The notes beneath the pieces are model-generated. The model was not told the origin of the DNA. It did not search any database and saw nothing but the letters and a program-made list of their open reading frames with translations. From positions 1,440,001 through 1,472,000 of the forward strand of contig NC_014537.1 in the NCBI RefSeq assembly GCF_000148385.1: a DNA stretch of 32,000 bases, in the 5' to 3' direction. Below are positions 19,417-27,265 of this stretch, piece by piece (the first letter of the stretch is position 1; every line of letters starts with the position of its first letter). This DNA is from Vulcanisaeta distributa DSM 14429. Its GTDB lineage: Archaea > Thermoproteota > Thermoprotei > Thermoproteales > Thermocladiaceae. The position numbers and the translations under genes are program-made.

Positions 19417-19980
19417 GTGAACACGGAAACCCTCGAGAAGCCATTGCCTAAGCCTTCCATGGAGGATTACGTGAACGCAAGGCTACTAGAAGCTTTAGTC
19501 GAGGCCAGACTTGCCCTCGAGTTCCTTGGTAGGGGTTTGGTTAGGAATGCAGCTGGCAAGGCTTTCCAGTCCTGGAGAGCTTTGCTCGCGGCATTACTGA
19601 GGCTTGAGCTTGATAGGTTAATGCAGGTAGTTAAGACCGATGAGGAGCGTAGGTGGCTAATGGAGAGAGCAATACCCAGAGTCCCAACGAGCAGGATGAT
19701 GGCGTTATCCAAAATGCTCAGTGACATTGGGCATGCCGGGTTATTACCTGACACCGCATTAGCCCTGAGCCTGCACGATTATCAGTATAATGGGCCAGAC
19801 CCCGACATGGCACTGTCGAAGTTTAGGAGTAGGAGTGACGCCGCAGCGGCGGTCCTGGAGCTTATTAGCGAGGTGGTTAGGCGTATTGAGGAGCTGAAGC
19901 CAAGAATCAAGTGGGGTAATGAGCTTGAGGAGGCTCTCAGGGAGCTTAAGGATGAGCTTAACAGGGTAGGGAAATCCTAA
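19417..19980 (+). CDS. PaREP1-family protein (PF05942-like, function unknown)
   Basis: 187 aa, all-helical. The ...LEFLGRGLVRNAAGKAFQSWRALLAAL... block matches my recollection of the PaREP1 signature. GTG start. Confidence 0.65.
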   Translation: MNTETLEKPLPKPSMEDYVNARLLEALVEARLALEFLGRGLVRNAAGKAFQSWRALLAALLRLELDRLMQVVKTDEERRWLMERAIPRVPTSRMMALSKMLSDIGHAGLLPDTALALSLHDYQYNGPDPDMALSKFRSRSDAAAAVLELISEVVRRIEELKPRIKWGNELEEALRELKDELNRVGKS

Positions 19981-20039
19981 GATCTGCCAGAGACGTCACT
20001 CCATCCACGCCTCAATCCATTATTAAGGCATGATAAACA

Positions 20040-20045
20040 TTTTTT
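20040..20045 (+). terminator. Oligo-T (T6) candidate terminator after PaREP1
   Basis: The T6 run lies 60 nt downstream of the stop. Archaeal termination commonly uses oligo-T. Confidence 0.25.
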
Positions 20046-20072
20046 AGGAACCCACGCATAATCGCGGACTCA

Positions 20073-20180
20073 GAAACACTTGATAAACCACTGCCTAAAC
20101 TGAATGCTAGAGATTGCATGAGCGTCAGCTACTTAAGACCTTAGTCAAGGCTAAATTAGTCCTGGAATCCTCAGTGAGGG
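20073..20180 (+). pseudogene. Decayed 5' fragment of a PaREP1 gene immediately upstream of the ATPase gene
   Basis: gaaacacttgataaaccactgcctaaac...ttagtcaaggctaaattagtcctgg aligns by eye with the intact copy gaaaccctcgagaagccattgcctaagcc...ttagtcgaggccagacttgccctcg at roughly two-thirds identity. It is interrupted by stops. Confidence 0.5.
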
Positions 20181-20199
20181 CTAAGTGCCGTGTTGAGTT

Positions 20200-21252
20200 G
20201 TGATAAGGCTAATAAGGAGGAGGATGGGGGTCTACGTCGTGGGGAGGGTTAGGCTGGGCTTTGCTAATTTAACGATTGAATTCGTGGATAGGGACCTCGC
20301 CCTTAAACTCATTGATGAATGGGCCGAGAAAAGCACCTTCCCAGTCCAAGTCATCTATGGACCAGAGGGTTGTGGTAAGACTGCGTGGCTTCTGCAGTCA
20401 GTGGAGTTGCTTAGGGATTACGGGTTCGAGGTTGTTTATGTGAATCCAATCAATAGGCTTGCCTTTGCTGAGGTAAGCATCAGTAGCCTTAGGGAGGAGT
20501 TCTTCAAGCTGGTTAAGGAGGCTATTGCACAAAGTGCGTTGGCTAGAATCGCATGGATAGCGTACAACGTGGTTTATGACGTAATCAAGGCGACCAGGGG
20601 AAAAATAGCCATCATCGTTGACGACGCATTCCAGGTAATCGGCATCAAGGAGTCCGCATTATACGTGAAGGCACTGCTAAACCTCATTGAGTACCCACCC
20701 GAGCATTATGAGAGGATAGTCACGATAGCAGCAACGAGCGAGGGCGTGTCGAGGAGAGAAATAGGAAGACACACGTGGGCTTGGATAATACCCATGTGGA
20801 ATATGCCGAAGAACGGGTTCAAGCAACTTTATGATCAAATACCGGGCAAGAAGCCGGACCTCGAAGAGGTCTGGCGGTTGACTGGGGGTAATCCGAGGAT
20901 GCTTGAGGAATTGTATAAAGCCAATTGGGATGCTGATAGGGTGATTGGGGAGTTGATTAAGGGTAAGGGCGTTGATGTTTTTGTAAGCTCGCTAAGTGAT
21001 AGTGAGAGGCGCATGTTGGCTAGGGCTGTTGAAGATCCAGACGTGCTATTCACGAGGGAGGGAATACCACTAATGAGCAAATTAATCGAGCTAAACCTGG
21101 TACTCGACATATCGGACAGGAAGCCATACCTATGGATAGACCAACCACCACCTGAGAAAGATGAGGAACTCGGGATTGGCAGGCGCGTCGCGTGGCAATC
21201 ACCACTGCATAGAGAAGCCGTGAGGAGGATGCTTGAAGCGCAATCTCAATAA
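20200..21252 (+). CDS. P-loop NTPase of an uncharacterised archaeal ATPase family (paralog A); likely true start at ATG 20224
   Basis: Walker A is YGPEGCGKTAWLLQ and Walker B-like is IAIIVDDAFQ. The C-terminal domain ends ...WQSPLHREAVRRMLE. About 55% aa identity by eye to the ORF at 30520-31530. Confidence 0.75.
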   Translation: MIRLIRRRMGVYVVGRVRLGFANLTIEFVDRDLALKLIDEWAEKSTFPVQVIYGPEGCGKTAWLLQSVELLRDYGFEVVYVNPINRLAFAEVSISSLREEFFKLVKEAIAQSALARIAWIAYNVVYDVIKATRGKIAIIVDDAFQVIGIKESALYVKALLNLIEYPPEHYERIVTIAATSEGVSRREIGRHTWAWIIPMWNMPKNGFKQLYDQIPGKKPDLEEVWRLTGGNPRMLEELYKANWDADRVIGELIKGKGVDVFVSSLSDSERRMLARAVEDPDVLFTREGIPLMSKLIELNLVLDISDRKPYLWIDQPPPEKDEELGIGRRVAWQSPLHREAVRRMLEAQSQ

Positions 21253-21283
21253 GTGTTTAAGGGAGGGATGCAGTGAATTAGCC

Positions 21284-21525
21284 GTGGATGCGGAGACCCT
21301 TGAGAGACCCCTACCTAAGCCAACCATGGAGAACTACATCATGTGAGGCTCCTGGATCATTGATTGAAGCCAAGCTATCCCTTAAATTCCTCAGCAAGGG
21401 CTTGGTTAGGGATGTCGCGGGTTGATGAGGAGAATTGAGGAACTGAAACCAAGAATCAAGTGGAGTGATGACTTGGAGAGTACGTTAAAGCCTTGAAGGA
21501 GGAGGCAGGTGTTGGTAAAAGTTAA
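21284..21525 (+). pseudogene. PaREP1 pseudogene with an internal deletion of about 0.3 kb plus stops and frameshifts
   Basis: VDAETLERPLPKPTMENYIM* and ...KLSLKFLSKGLVRDVAG match the PaREP1 N-terminus. The sequence then jumps directly to RRIEELKPRIKWSDDLE, which matches the C-terminus VRRIEELKPRIKWGNELE. The promoter-like gtttaagggaggg is retained at 21254-21267. Confidence 0.7.
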
Positions 21526-21554
21526 ACAATTCAATACTGATTTAGGGAGTCGAA

Positions 21555-22625
21555 ATGAGGGTATGCATACTTGAGGAATTCACAAGGCTTGGTGGCGGGC
21601 AGGTATATGCACTGCAGATGGCTAGGGCGTTAACGGAGCTTGGGCACTCCGTGGAGTTCGTGGTCACTGGTGACATCAAGGTTGACCCCAAATACCCAGT
21701 GAGGCACGTGGACGTGGGTTTCAAGGCGTCCTACGACCCAGCCTCACTACTCATTAACTACATAAACCATAGGAGGTTAAGGAGACTGCTGGGTAGGTAT
21801 GTCGATGACTGTGACCTAGTCATAAATAATCACCCAAACTACATACCATACAACAAAGGCCCAATAGTGCTTCACGGGCTCTCCTTCGTGGACTTCATAA
21901 TCGATGAGAATGGGAACATAAGAAACCAACTACTGTTTTGGGTACTCTCGAGGATTTACAGGATGTACGATGGCTCATACATGATCTACAACTCAAGGTA
22001 CACAATGAACCTAGCCAAGAAACTACTGCCAAAAATGGGCATAGAACCAAGGCTCGAGTACGTACTAAGCCCACACTACACAATAAGCACAGACAAGATA
22101 CCGGAGAAGGAGGACTACGTACTAACCCTGGGAAGACTCGAGTGGAGCAAGGGCTACAGGGAACTAATAAAGATAGCACCAAGAATAGGAAAGAGAATAA
22201 TTGTGGCAGGCAGGGCAGACGCGAGGGAATCAAGGGAGGTAATAAGGGCTCTCAGGGGCGTTAAAAACATAGACGTGATGCCGGACATAGACGAAAAGAC
22301 GAAGGAGGAACTATACAAACACGCATCAATATACCTACACCTCAAACCAAACGAGCACTTCGGGATAGCGGTACTAGACGCCATAGCCACGGCAACAATA
22401 CCAATAGTACCAAGGACAGGAGGACCTTGGACAGACATAGTGGAGGAGGGAAAATACGGACTAGGATACACAAACACCGAGGAAATACCACAACTAATAA
22501 ACAAAGCCGAAGAAATCAACAGAGAAAAGATATTCAAAGGCAGGGAAAGGTATAGCCCAGAGAACTTCAGGAGGAAACTCATAAAGGCATTATCAATGGC
22601 AATACACAGTAAAGATGCGGAATGA
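21555..22625 (+). CDS. GT4-family (group 1) glycosyltransferase
   Basis: N-terminal MRVCILEEFTRLGGGQVYALQMARAL, with the C-terminal motif EHFGIAVLDAIATATIPIV. Confidence 0.8.
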   Translation: MRVCILEEFTRLGGGQVYALQMARALTELGHSVEFVVTGDIKVDPKYPVRHVDVGFKASYDPASLLINYINHRRLRRLLGRYVDDCDLVINNHPNYIPYNKGPIVLHGLSFVDFIIDENGNIRNQLLFWVLSRIYRMYDGSYMIYNSRYTMNLAKKLLPKMGIEPRLEYVLSPHYTISTDKIPEKEDYVLTLGRLEWSKGYRELIKIAPRIGKRIIVAGRADARESREVIRALRGVKNIDVMPDIDEKTKEELYKHASIYLHLKPNEHFGIAVLDAIATATIPIVPRTGGPWTDIVEEGKYGLGYTNTEEIPQLINKAEEINREKIFKGRERYSPENFRRKLIKALSMAIHSKDAE

Positions 22626-22692
22626 ATTTAAGAATGGATGCTTGTGAATAATACTTAAATAATGATATTAGTATTGAAAATTACTACGCAAC

Positions 22693-25332
22693 ATGCAGTC
22701 AATCAATAGGCACGTCATTATTAATGAGATTGAAAAAAGGAAAATCATCATTAAATTGTTCTCTTTACCGTTATTAATTCAATTCTACATAGTATTTACA
22801 CTCGGCTACCTAAACATAACGCCACGGCTATATAATTATGAAGTAATACACATATCAGCAATAGCGTTCACGGTCGGGTTCTTTCTGTTCATGACACCAA
22901 CAATAACAAATCAAGTAAGGCAGGCAATAAACGACAAATACTACGCAGCAACACTACTAATATTCCTGGCAATAACCTACGAACTAACCTACCTAGCCAC
23001 AGTACCACCATACTACGGACTAAGCCTAGGGGCAAGCCTGGACACGGCAACTTACTTACAATCCTTCGCTTCATTAACATACTACAGGCAATTCCTGGTA
23101 AGCTTCGTAGGACCATTCTTTAGTGTTCACGCATCACCAATACTACTCCTAATATACCCAATCTACGAGGTATACCCATCAATATTCACATTAATGACAA
23201 TACAAGTCGTAATACTAATGCTACCAATACCACTAATGTATAAACTAGGCATGAAAATACTCAACAACCCAAAGCATGCACTGGCCACAGCACTACTATA
23301 CATACTATACCCATGGATAATAACCGCATACGCACCATTCGAAGTAGTCACGTTGGCAGGGTCATTCATGGCGATGACACTAATAACCATGTACCTAAAT
23401 GACAAAAAGGCTTATTGGGCATCATTAACCCTAGCCATGGCATCGATAGAATACGTACCATTATTCGGCATCGGACTAAGCATATACCAAGCACTATCAA
23501 AGGAACATAGAAAACTAGCCCTACTAACATTCATATACTCGATAGCATGGTTAATAGCTGACTACTACCTGGTAATGTACTTCAGTGGGCGGACACATAA
23601 CATATTCTCAAATCTATACGGAGCAGCCCTAAGCTCACTACTAACAAACATAACAAACAAACTACTAAACCCCAACACCACTAAGGCGCTTACTATAGAT
23701 CCACAAACGCGCACGGTCATGGACACAACCAACGTATTAAACGGCATAATTCAACAAGCCACCTCTCAATACAACATAAAGGTCCAATACGTGATAGAGG
23801 TATTTGGACCCCTGGCATTCATAAACTTCCTCGAACCACAAACAATACTACTAATGCCCTGGCTAGCGGCATTACTAACAAACTTCACACCATACTACAT
23901 ACCAAACGTATACTACACAATCCTCATAAGCGCAGTCGCACTGCCGGCAACAATATGGGCACTAAGGAGGCTAAAGATTGAAACGAGGAAAAGGGCACTA
24001 ACGGCACTACTAATAATAAACACAATAACGGGACTACTCACGGGACCACTAACACCACTCTCCGGGCTATACTACGGAAACACAATACCAAACTGGAACG
24101 CACCAGTGGCCAACCAATACGACTTAGCCATGATACAACTAGCCAATTATATACCATGGAACGCATCAGTGGCCGTACCAGCCACGGCAGTCCCCTGGTA
24201 CTCAATAACAAGGTATGGATGGGGAAACCACGGAGTACCATTCCTCGGACCAAACAGTAATACCCAGTACGTGGTTTATTCACCACTCGTGCCAACGGGA
24301 TACCCATACAACACAGGAGGTAGTGAATATGGCCCATATGCCTTTGATGATGGTGCATGGATACTGAAGGCAAACTACACAGGGCCAATAAAGATAATCA
24401 ACGGGTTCTACTACGAGAACACCTACATAATAAACCCAGTACTGCCAGGTACGTGGCAATACCCAATAGCCCAAATACCACCAACAAACATAACAATACA
24501 AATAACCACAGAAACAAAACCACAACAAGCAATAACACTACTAAACACAACACTACTCAAAACACAACTACAACAACCCCAAGGAATAGCCTGCGGAATA
24601 GGGCCTGGCGAAGTAATCATACCTGGAGGCACTTACATCGCACAACCAGTAACCATAAACGAAACAACAAGAATAAGCTCAATAACGGTATTCACATCAT
24701 ATGAGACCAACCTGGCCACAGCAGAATTAATAATATCAACAACACCAACACCTAACCAAAAAAGCACTATATACACATATACCTTTGGAACGCCATGGTG
24801 GTGCTCACCGCATTCCTGGACAACACCAATAACAGCAAACCCAGACATAACCCTAAAACCAGGAACATACTACATAATACTGACATTCCCAATACAAGGA
24901 CAAACAATATGCGAACAAATACCAAACACACCAAAGGCACTACTCATAAACGCAACAACAGGACAAATAATAAAACAACTACCATGCACCCTAGGAACAA
25001 TAATAACAACAAACCCACGAAGTAGTTTCAAGGTATCATTATCTAATGTAATAATAAATATATTAAGCAATGAAATACAGATAAATGGAAATGAAGAAAT
25101 AATGATAAGTACCGTAGTTAAAAATGTGTCAGGGCTTGTACTAACAATAAACTCACAAAATACACAATCTAATATTCAATTAACTATAAAACTAAAGGTA
25201 ATGACTCAAAACGCATCAGGCCCATTAATACCATGGTACTTAATACCTATCATAGGACTAATACCTGAGTACGTACTTCTTGCTCTAGCAATGTTAATGC
25301 TAGTTCCTAACCTAAGGAATTTAAGGTGGTAA
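22693..25332 (+). CDS. Large polytopic membrane protein: DUF2079-like (GT-C-type) N-terminal domain, a Thr/Asn/Pro/Gln-rich sequon-rich ectodomain, and a C-terminal TM anchor
   Basis: About 12-13 TM helices. The VHASPILLLIYPIYEVYPS...QVVILMLPIPLMY block resembles the DUF2079 core as I recall it. The distal half has at least 11 N-x-S/T sequons. The last roughly 35 aa form a hydrophobic anchor (WYLIPIIGLIPEYVLLALAMLMLV). Confidence 0.55.
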   Translation: MQSINRHVIINEIEKRKIIIKLFSLPLLIQFYIVFTLGYLNITPRLYNYEVIHISAIAFTVGFFLFMTPTITNQVRQAINDKYYAATLLIFLAITYELTYLATVPPYYGLSLGASLDTATYLQSFASLTYYRQFLVSFVGPFFSVHASPILLLIYPIYEVYPSIFTLMTIQVVILMLPIPLMYKLGMKILNNPKHALATALLYILYPWIITAYAPFEVVTLAGSFMAMTLITMYLNDKKAYWASLTLAMASIEYVPLFGIGLSIYQALSKEHRKLALLTFIYSIAWLIADYYLVMYFSGRTHNIFSNLYGAALSSLLTNITNKLLNPNTTKALTIDPQTRTVMDTTNVLNGIIQQATSQYNIKVQYVIEVFGPLAFINFLEPQTILLMPWLAALLTNFTPYYIPNVYYTILISAVALPATIWALRRLKIETRKRALTALLIINTITGLLTGPLTPLSGLYYGNTIPNWNAPVANQYDLAMIQLANYIPWNASVAVPATAVPWYSITRYGWGNHGVPFLGPNSNTQYVVYSPLVPTGYPYNTGGSEYGPYAFDDGAWILKANYTGPIKIINGFYYENTYIINPVLPGTWQYPIAQIPPTNITIQITTETKPQQAITLLNTTLLKTQLQQPQGIACGIGPGEVIIPGGTYIAQPVTINETTRISSITVFTSYETNLATAELIISTTPTPNQKSTIYTYTFGTPWWCSPHSWTTPITANPDITLKPGTYYIILTFPIQGQTICEQIPNTPKALLINATTGQIIKQLPCTLGTIITTNPRSSFKVSLSNVIINILSNEIQINGNEEIMISTVVKNVSGLVLTINSQNTQSNIQLTIKLKVMTQNASGPLIPWYLIPIIGLIPEYVLLALAMLMLVPNLRNLRW

Positions 25333-26105
25333 TTTTTAAATGTTATAAGGCTATACTTGATATTATGGCAAATATTATAATCAATTGCAGAAATAACCCT
25401 GTGGGATTAATTAAGAGAGCATTTATTTTCTTCATTAACGTTAAAGGTATTACATTTTATGACGAACTTCGTCTCTTAATAGCTGTATTAATATTTATAT
25501 ATTATATATTACGTAGGCTATTAAGGTTAGAAAATAAGGTTTATAACCTTTCGTATTACATACCAGGTAAAGATTCAGTATTAATAAGGTACCGTGATGA
25601 AGAATACGATGTGAAATTCATAATTAGACCTCGTAGTGGGGATTTCTACGATATATTAGGAGAACATTATGAATTAAATCATTGGCTAGCCTTAGTACTT
25701 AACACCACTAAACATGCTGTGATTGTTGATGTTGGTGCTTATATAGGTGGTTATACCGTTAGGGCTTGTAAAAAGGCTAAGCGAGTAATTGCCATTGAAC
25801 CCTTAGAAAGCGCCGCAACTCTACTCCGTAAGAACGTAGAACTTAATAATTGTAATAACGTAGTATTAATAAAAAAGGCCGTATGGAAGGAACAAGGCAA
25901 GGTTCCTATGAAAATTGTTGAGTTTAATGAAGAAGAATCAAGGATAGATCATAATGGTAACATAATCATTGAAGCAGATACTCTCGATAATATAATAAAG
26001 GAATTGGGGATTGACCGCATAGACTTTCTAAAAATTGATATTGAGGGTGCCGAGGCAGAGGCAATACATGGAATGAAAGAAACCTTAAAAATACGAATTA
26101 TCTAA
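25326..26105 (+). CDS. FkbM-family SAM methyltransferase, N-terminal 259 aa, interrupted at an A5 run; likely true start at the internal Met MANIIINC
   Basis: VIVDVGAYIGGYTV (SAM motif) and IDFLKIDIEGAEAEAI are FkbM/Methyltransf_21 hallmarks. The ORF ends prematurely at the TAA at 26103-26105. Confidence 0.7.
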   Translation: MVIFKCYKAILDIMANIIINCRNNPVGLIKRAFIFFINVKGITFYDELRLLIAVLIFIYYILRRLLRLENKVYNLSYYIPGKDSVLIRYRDEEYDVKFIIRPRSGDFYDILGEHYELNHWLALVLNTTKHAVIVDVGAYIGGYTVRACKKAKRVIAIEPLESAATLLRKNVELNNCNNVVLIKKAVWKEQGKVPMKIVEFNEEESRIDHNGNIIIEADTLDNIIKELGIDRIDFLKIDIEGAEAEAIHGMKETLKIRII

Positions 26106-26248
26106 TGATAGAGCTAAGACCTAGCACATTATGGTTAATTAATGAGTTAAATAAGTTAGGGTTTAAGGTATTAGATTGTGTAAATTATGGCAACTTTATT
26201 AACGTGTTTCTACACAATGAGGGTAAACTAAATAGTACACACTTATAA
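26105..26248 (+). CDS. 46-aa continuation of the FkbM methyltransferase in the -1 frame (MIELRPSTLWLINELNKLGFKVLDCVNYGNFINVFLHNEGKLNSTHL)
   Basis: This is my own translation; the ORF is below the ORF-track size cutoff. The sequence looks like the usual FkbM C-terminal strand-helix-strand. Its ATG overlaps the upstream TAA (taATG). Confidence 0.55.
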   Translation: MIELRPSTLWLINELNKLGFKVLDCVNYGNFINVFLHNEGKLNSTHL

Positions 26249-26278
26249 ACTTAATATAATCTTAGTATTAGTAAGCCC

Positions 26279-27265
26279 ATGCCATCCTACGGATTACTAA
26301 TATTTAATAGGAATGAAGTAGTTGGTACGCTTCGCCTCATTAAGTTACTTAATAATACCGTAGATGAAATCGTGATTATAGACTCATCTGACCCACCCAA
26401 GTATAGGGAGCTCATGGATCGATTAATGAAGTATGGCTCAAAGATAATAGTATTCAAGACTATACCATTAGGACATGTAGAGCCGCTTAGAATGTATGGA
26501 TTAAGTAAAATAAGTACTGACTACGTGTTACTTCTCGATACTGATGAAATACCTAATGATAAGCTTATCATTAATTTAAGGCGATATAATGAATATGATG
26601 GGTATATAATTAATAGATACGAGGTTGCTCTTAGAACTATTAGTGAGCAAGTACGGTTATTTAAACGAAATAAAGTACTATTTAGAGGCATAATTCACGA
26701 AAATCCAGAAATACTAGGTAGCAAGGCCAAGCTTTCTAACGGTGAGTATATAATCCATTTAGCTGGTAAACTTAATGCATCAGCATCTAATTATAGCAAG
26801 TACATTATAATAGAGTTATTTTCAAGATATCCTTACTTACTTAATAATCTATTAATTAATAGATTTAAAAGGAAAACCTATTATAAAAGTACGACAATCG
26901 TTCATGTACTTAATGCTATTTTAATATTAATTTACTTTAAAGCCATGAGTTTATTAAAGCCAGGAGATGCCGAGATGTGGTTTTCTTATTTTATGGATTT
27001 ACTTAAAATATTCATAAATATCCCCAGTAAATATAGAAAAATCTTGATGAATATTTCTCAGGAAATATACGAAAATAATGGCATCATTAATTATCTATGT
27101 TTAAACAACCCAAACATCGTTGAATCATTGACTGGAACATATACATGGGATATACCTGGGCATAAAGTCTTTCAGTACCTCATACTCTATAGGTATAAGT
27201 ATAAAAAGTGCGCACAGGATTTTAATGATGTCCTTAATGCCTTTCACCTAAAACCTCATAAATAA
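26279..27265 (+). CDS. GT2-family glycosyltransferase with an uncharacterised C-terminal half
   Basis: LLIFNRNE...EIVIIDSSDP and the DxD-type LLLDTDEIP. Confidence 0.7.
   Translation: MPSYGLLIFNRNEVVGTLRLIKLLNNTVDEIVIIDSSDPPKYRELMDRLMKYGSKIIVFKTIPLGHVEPLRMYGLSKISTDYVLLLDTDEIPNDKLIINLRRYNEYDGYIINRYEVALRTISEQVRLFKRNKVLFRGIIHENPEILGSKAKLSNGEYIIHLAGKLNASASNYSKYIIIELFSRYPYLLNNLLINRFKRKTYYKSTTIVHVLNAILILIYFKAMSLLKPGDAEMWFSYFMDLLKIFINIPSKYRKILMNISQEIYENNGIINYLCLNNPNIVESLTGTYTWDIPGHKVFQYLILYRYKYKKCAQDFNDVLNAFHLKPHK

Noticed and set aside
19539-19881. Microhomology (ggttagg at 19539 and 19875) as the mechanism for the internal deletion seen in the PaREP1 pseudogene
   Set aside because: In the pseudogene the junction lies about 12 nt beyond the first ggttagg (after gatgtcgcgggt). 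The deletion endpoints therefore do not coincide with the repeated heptamer.
21895-25070. Many alternative-frame or antisense ORFs inside the GT4 and 879-aa genes, for example 24357-24704 (NNTTKHNTTQNTTTT...) and 24795-25025
   Set aside because: They are by-products of the A/C-rich, stop-poor composition. Their translations are monotonous low-complexity strings, whereas the annotated frames give TM helices and GT motifs.
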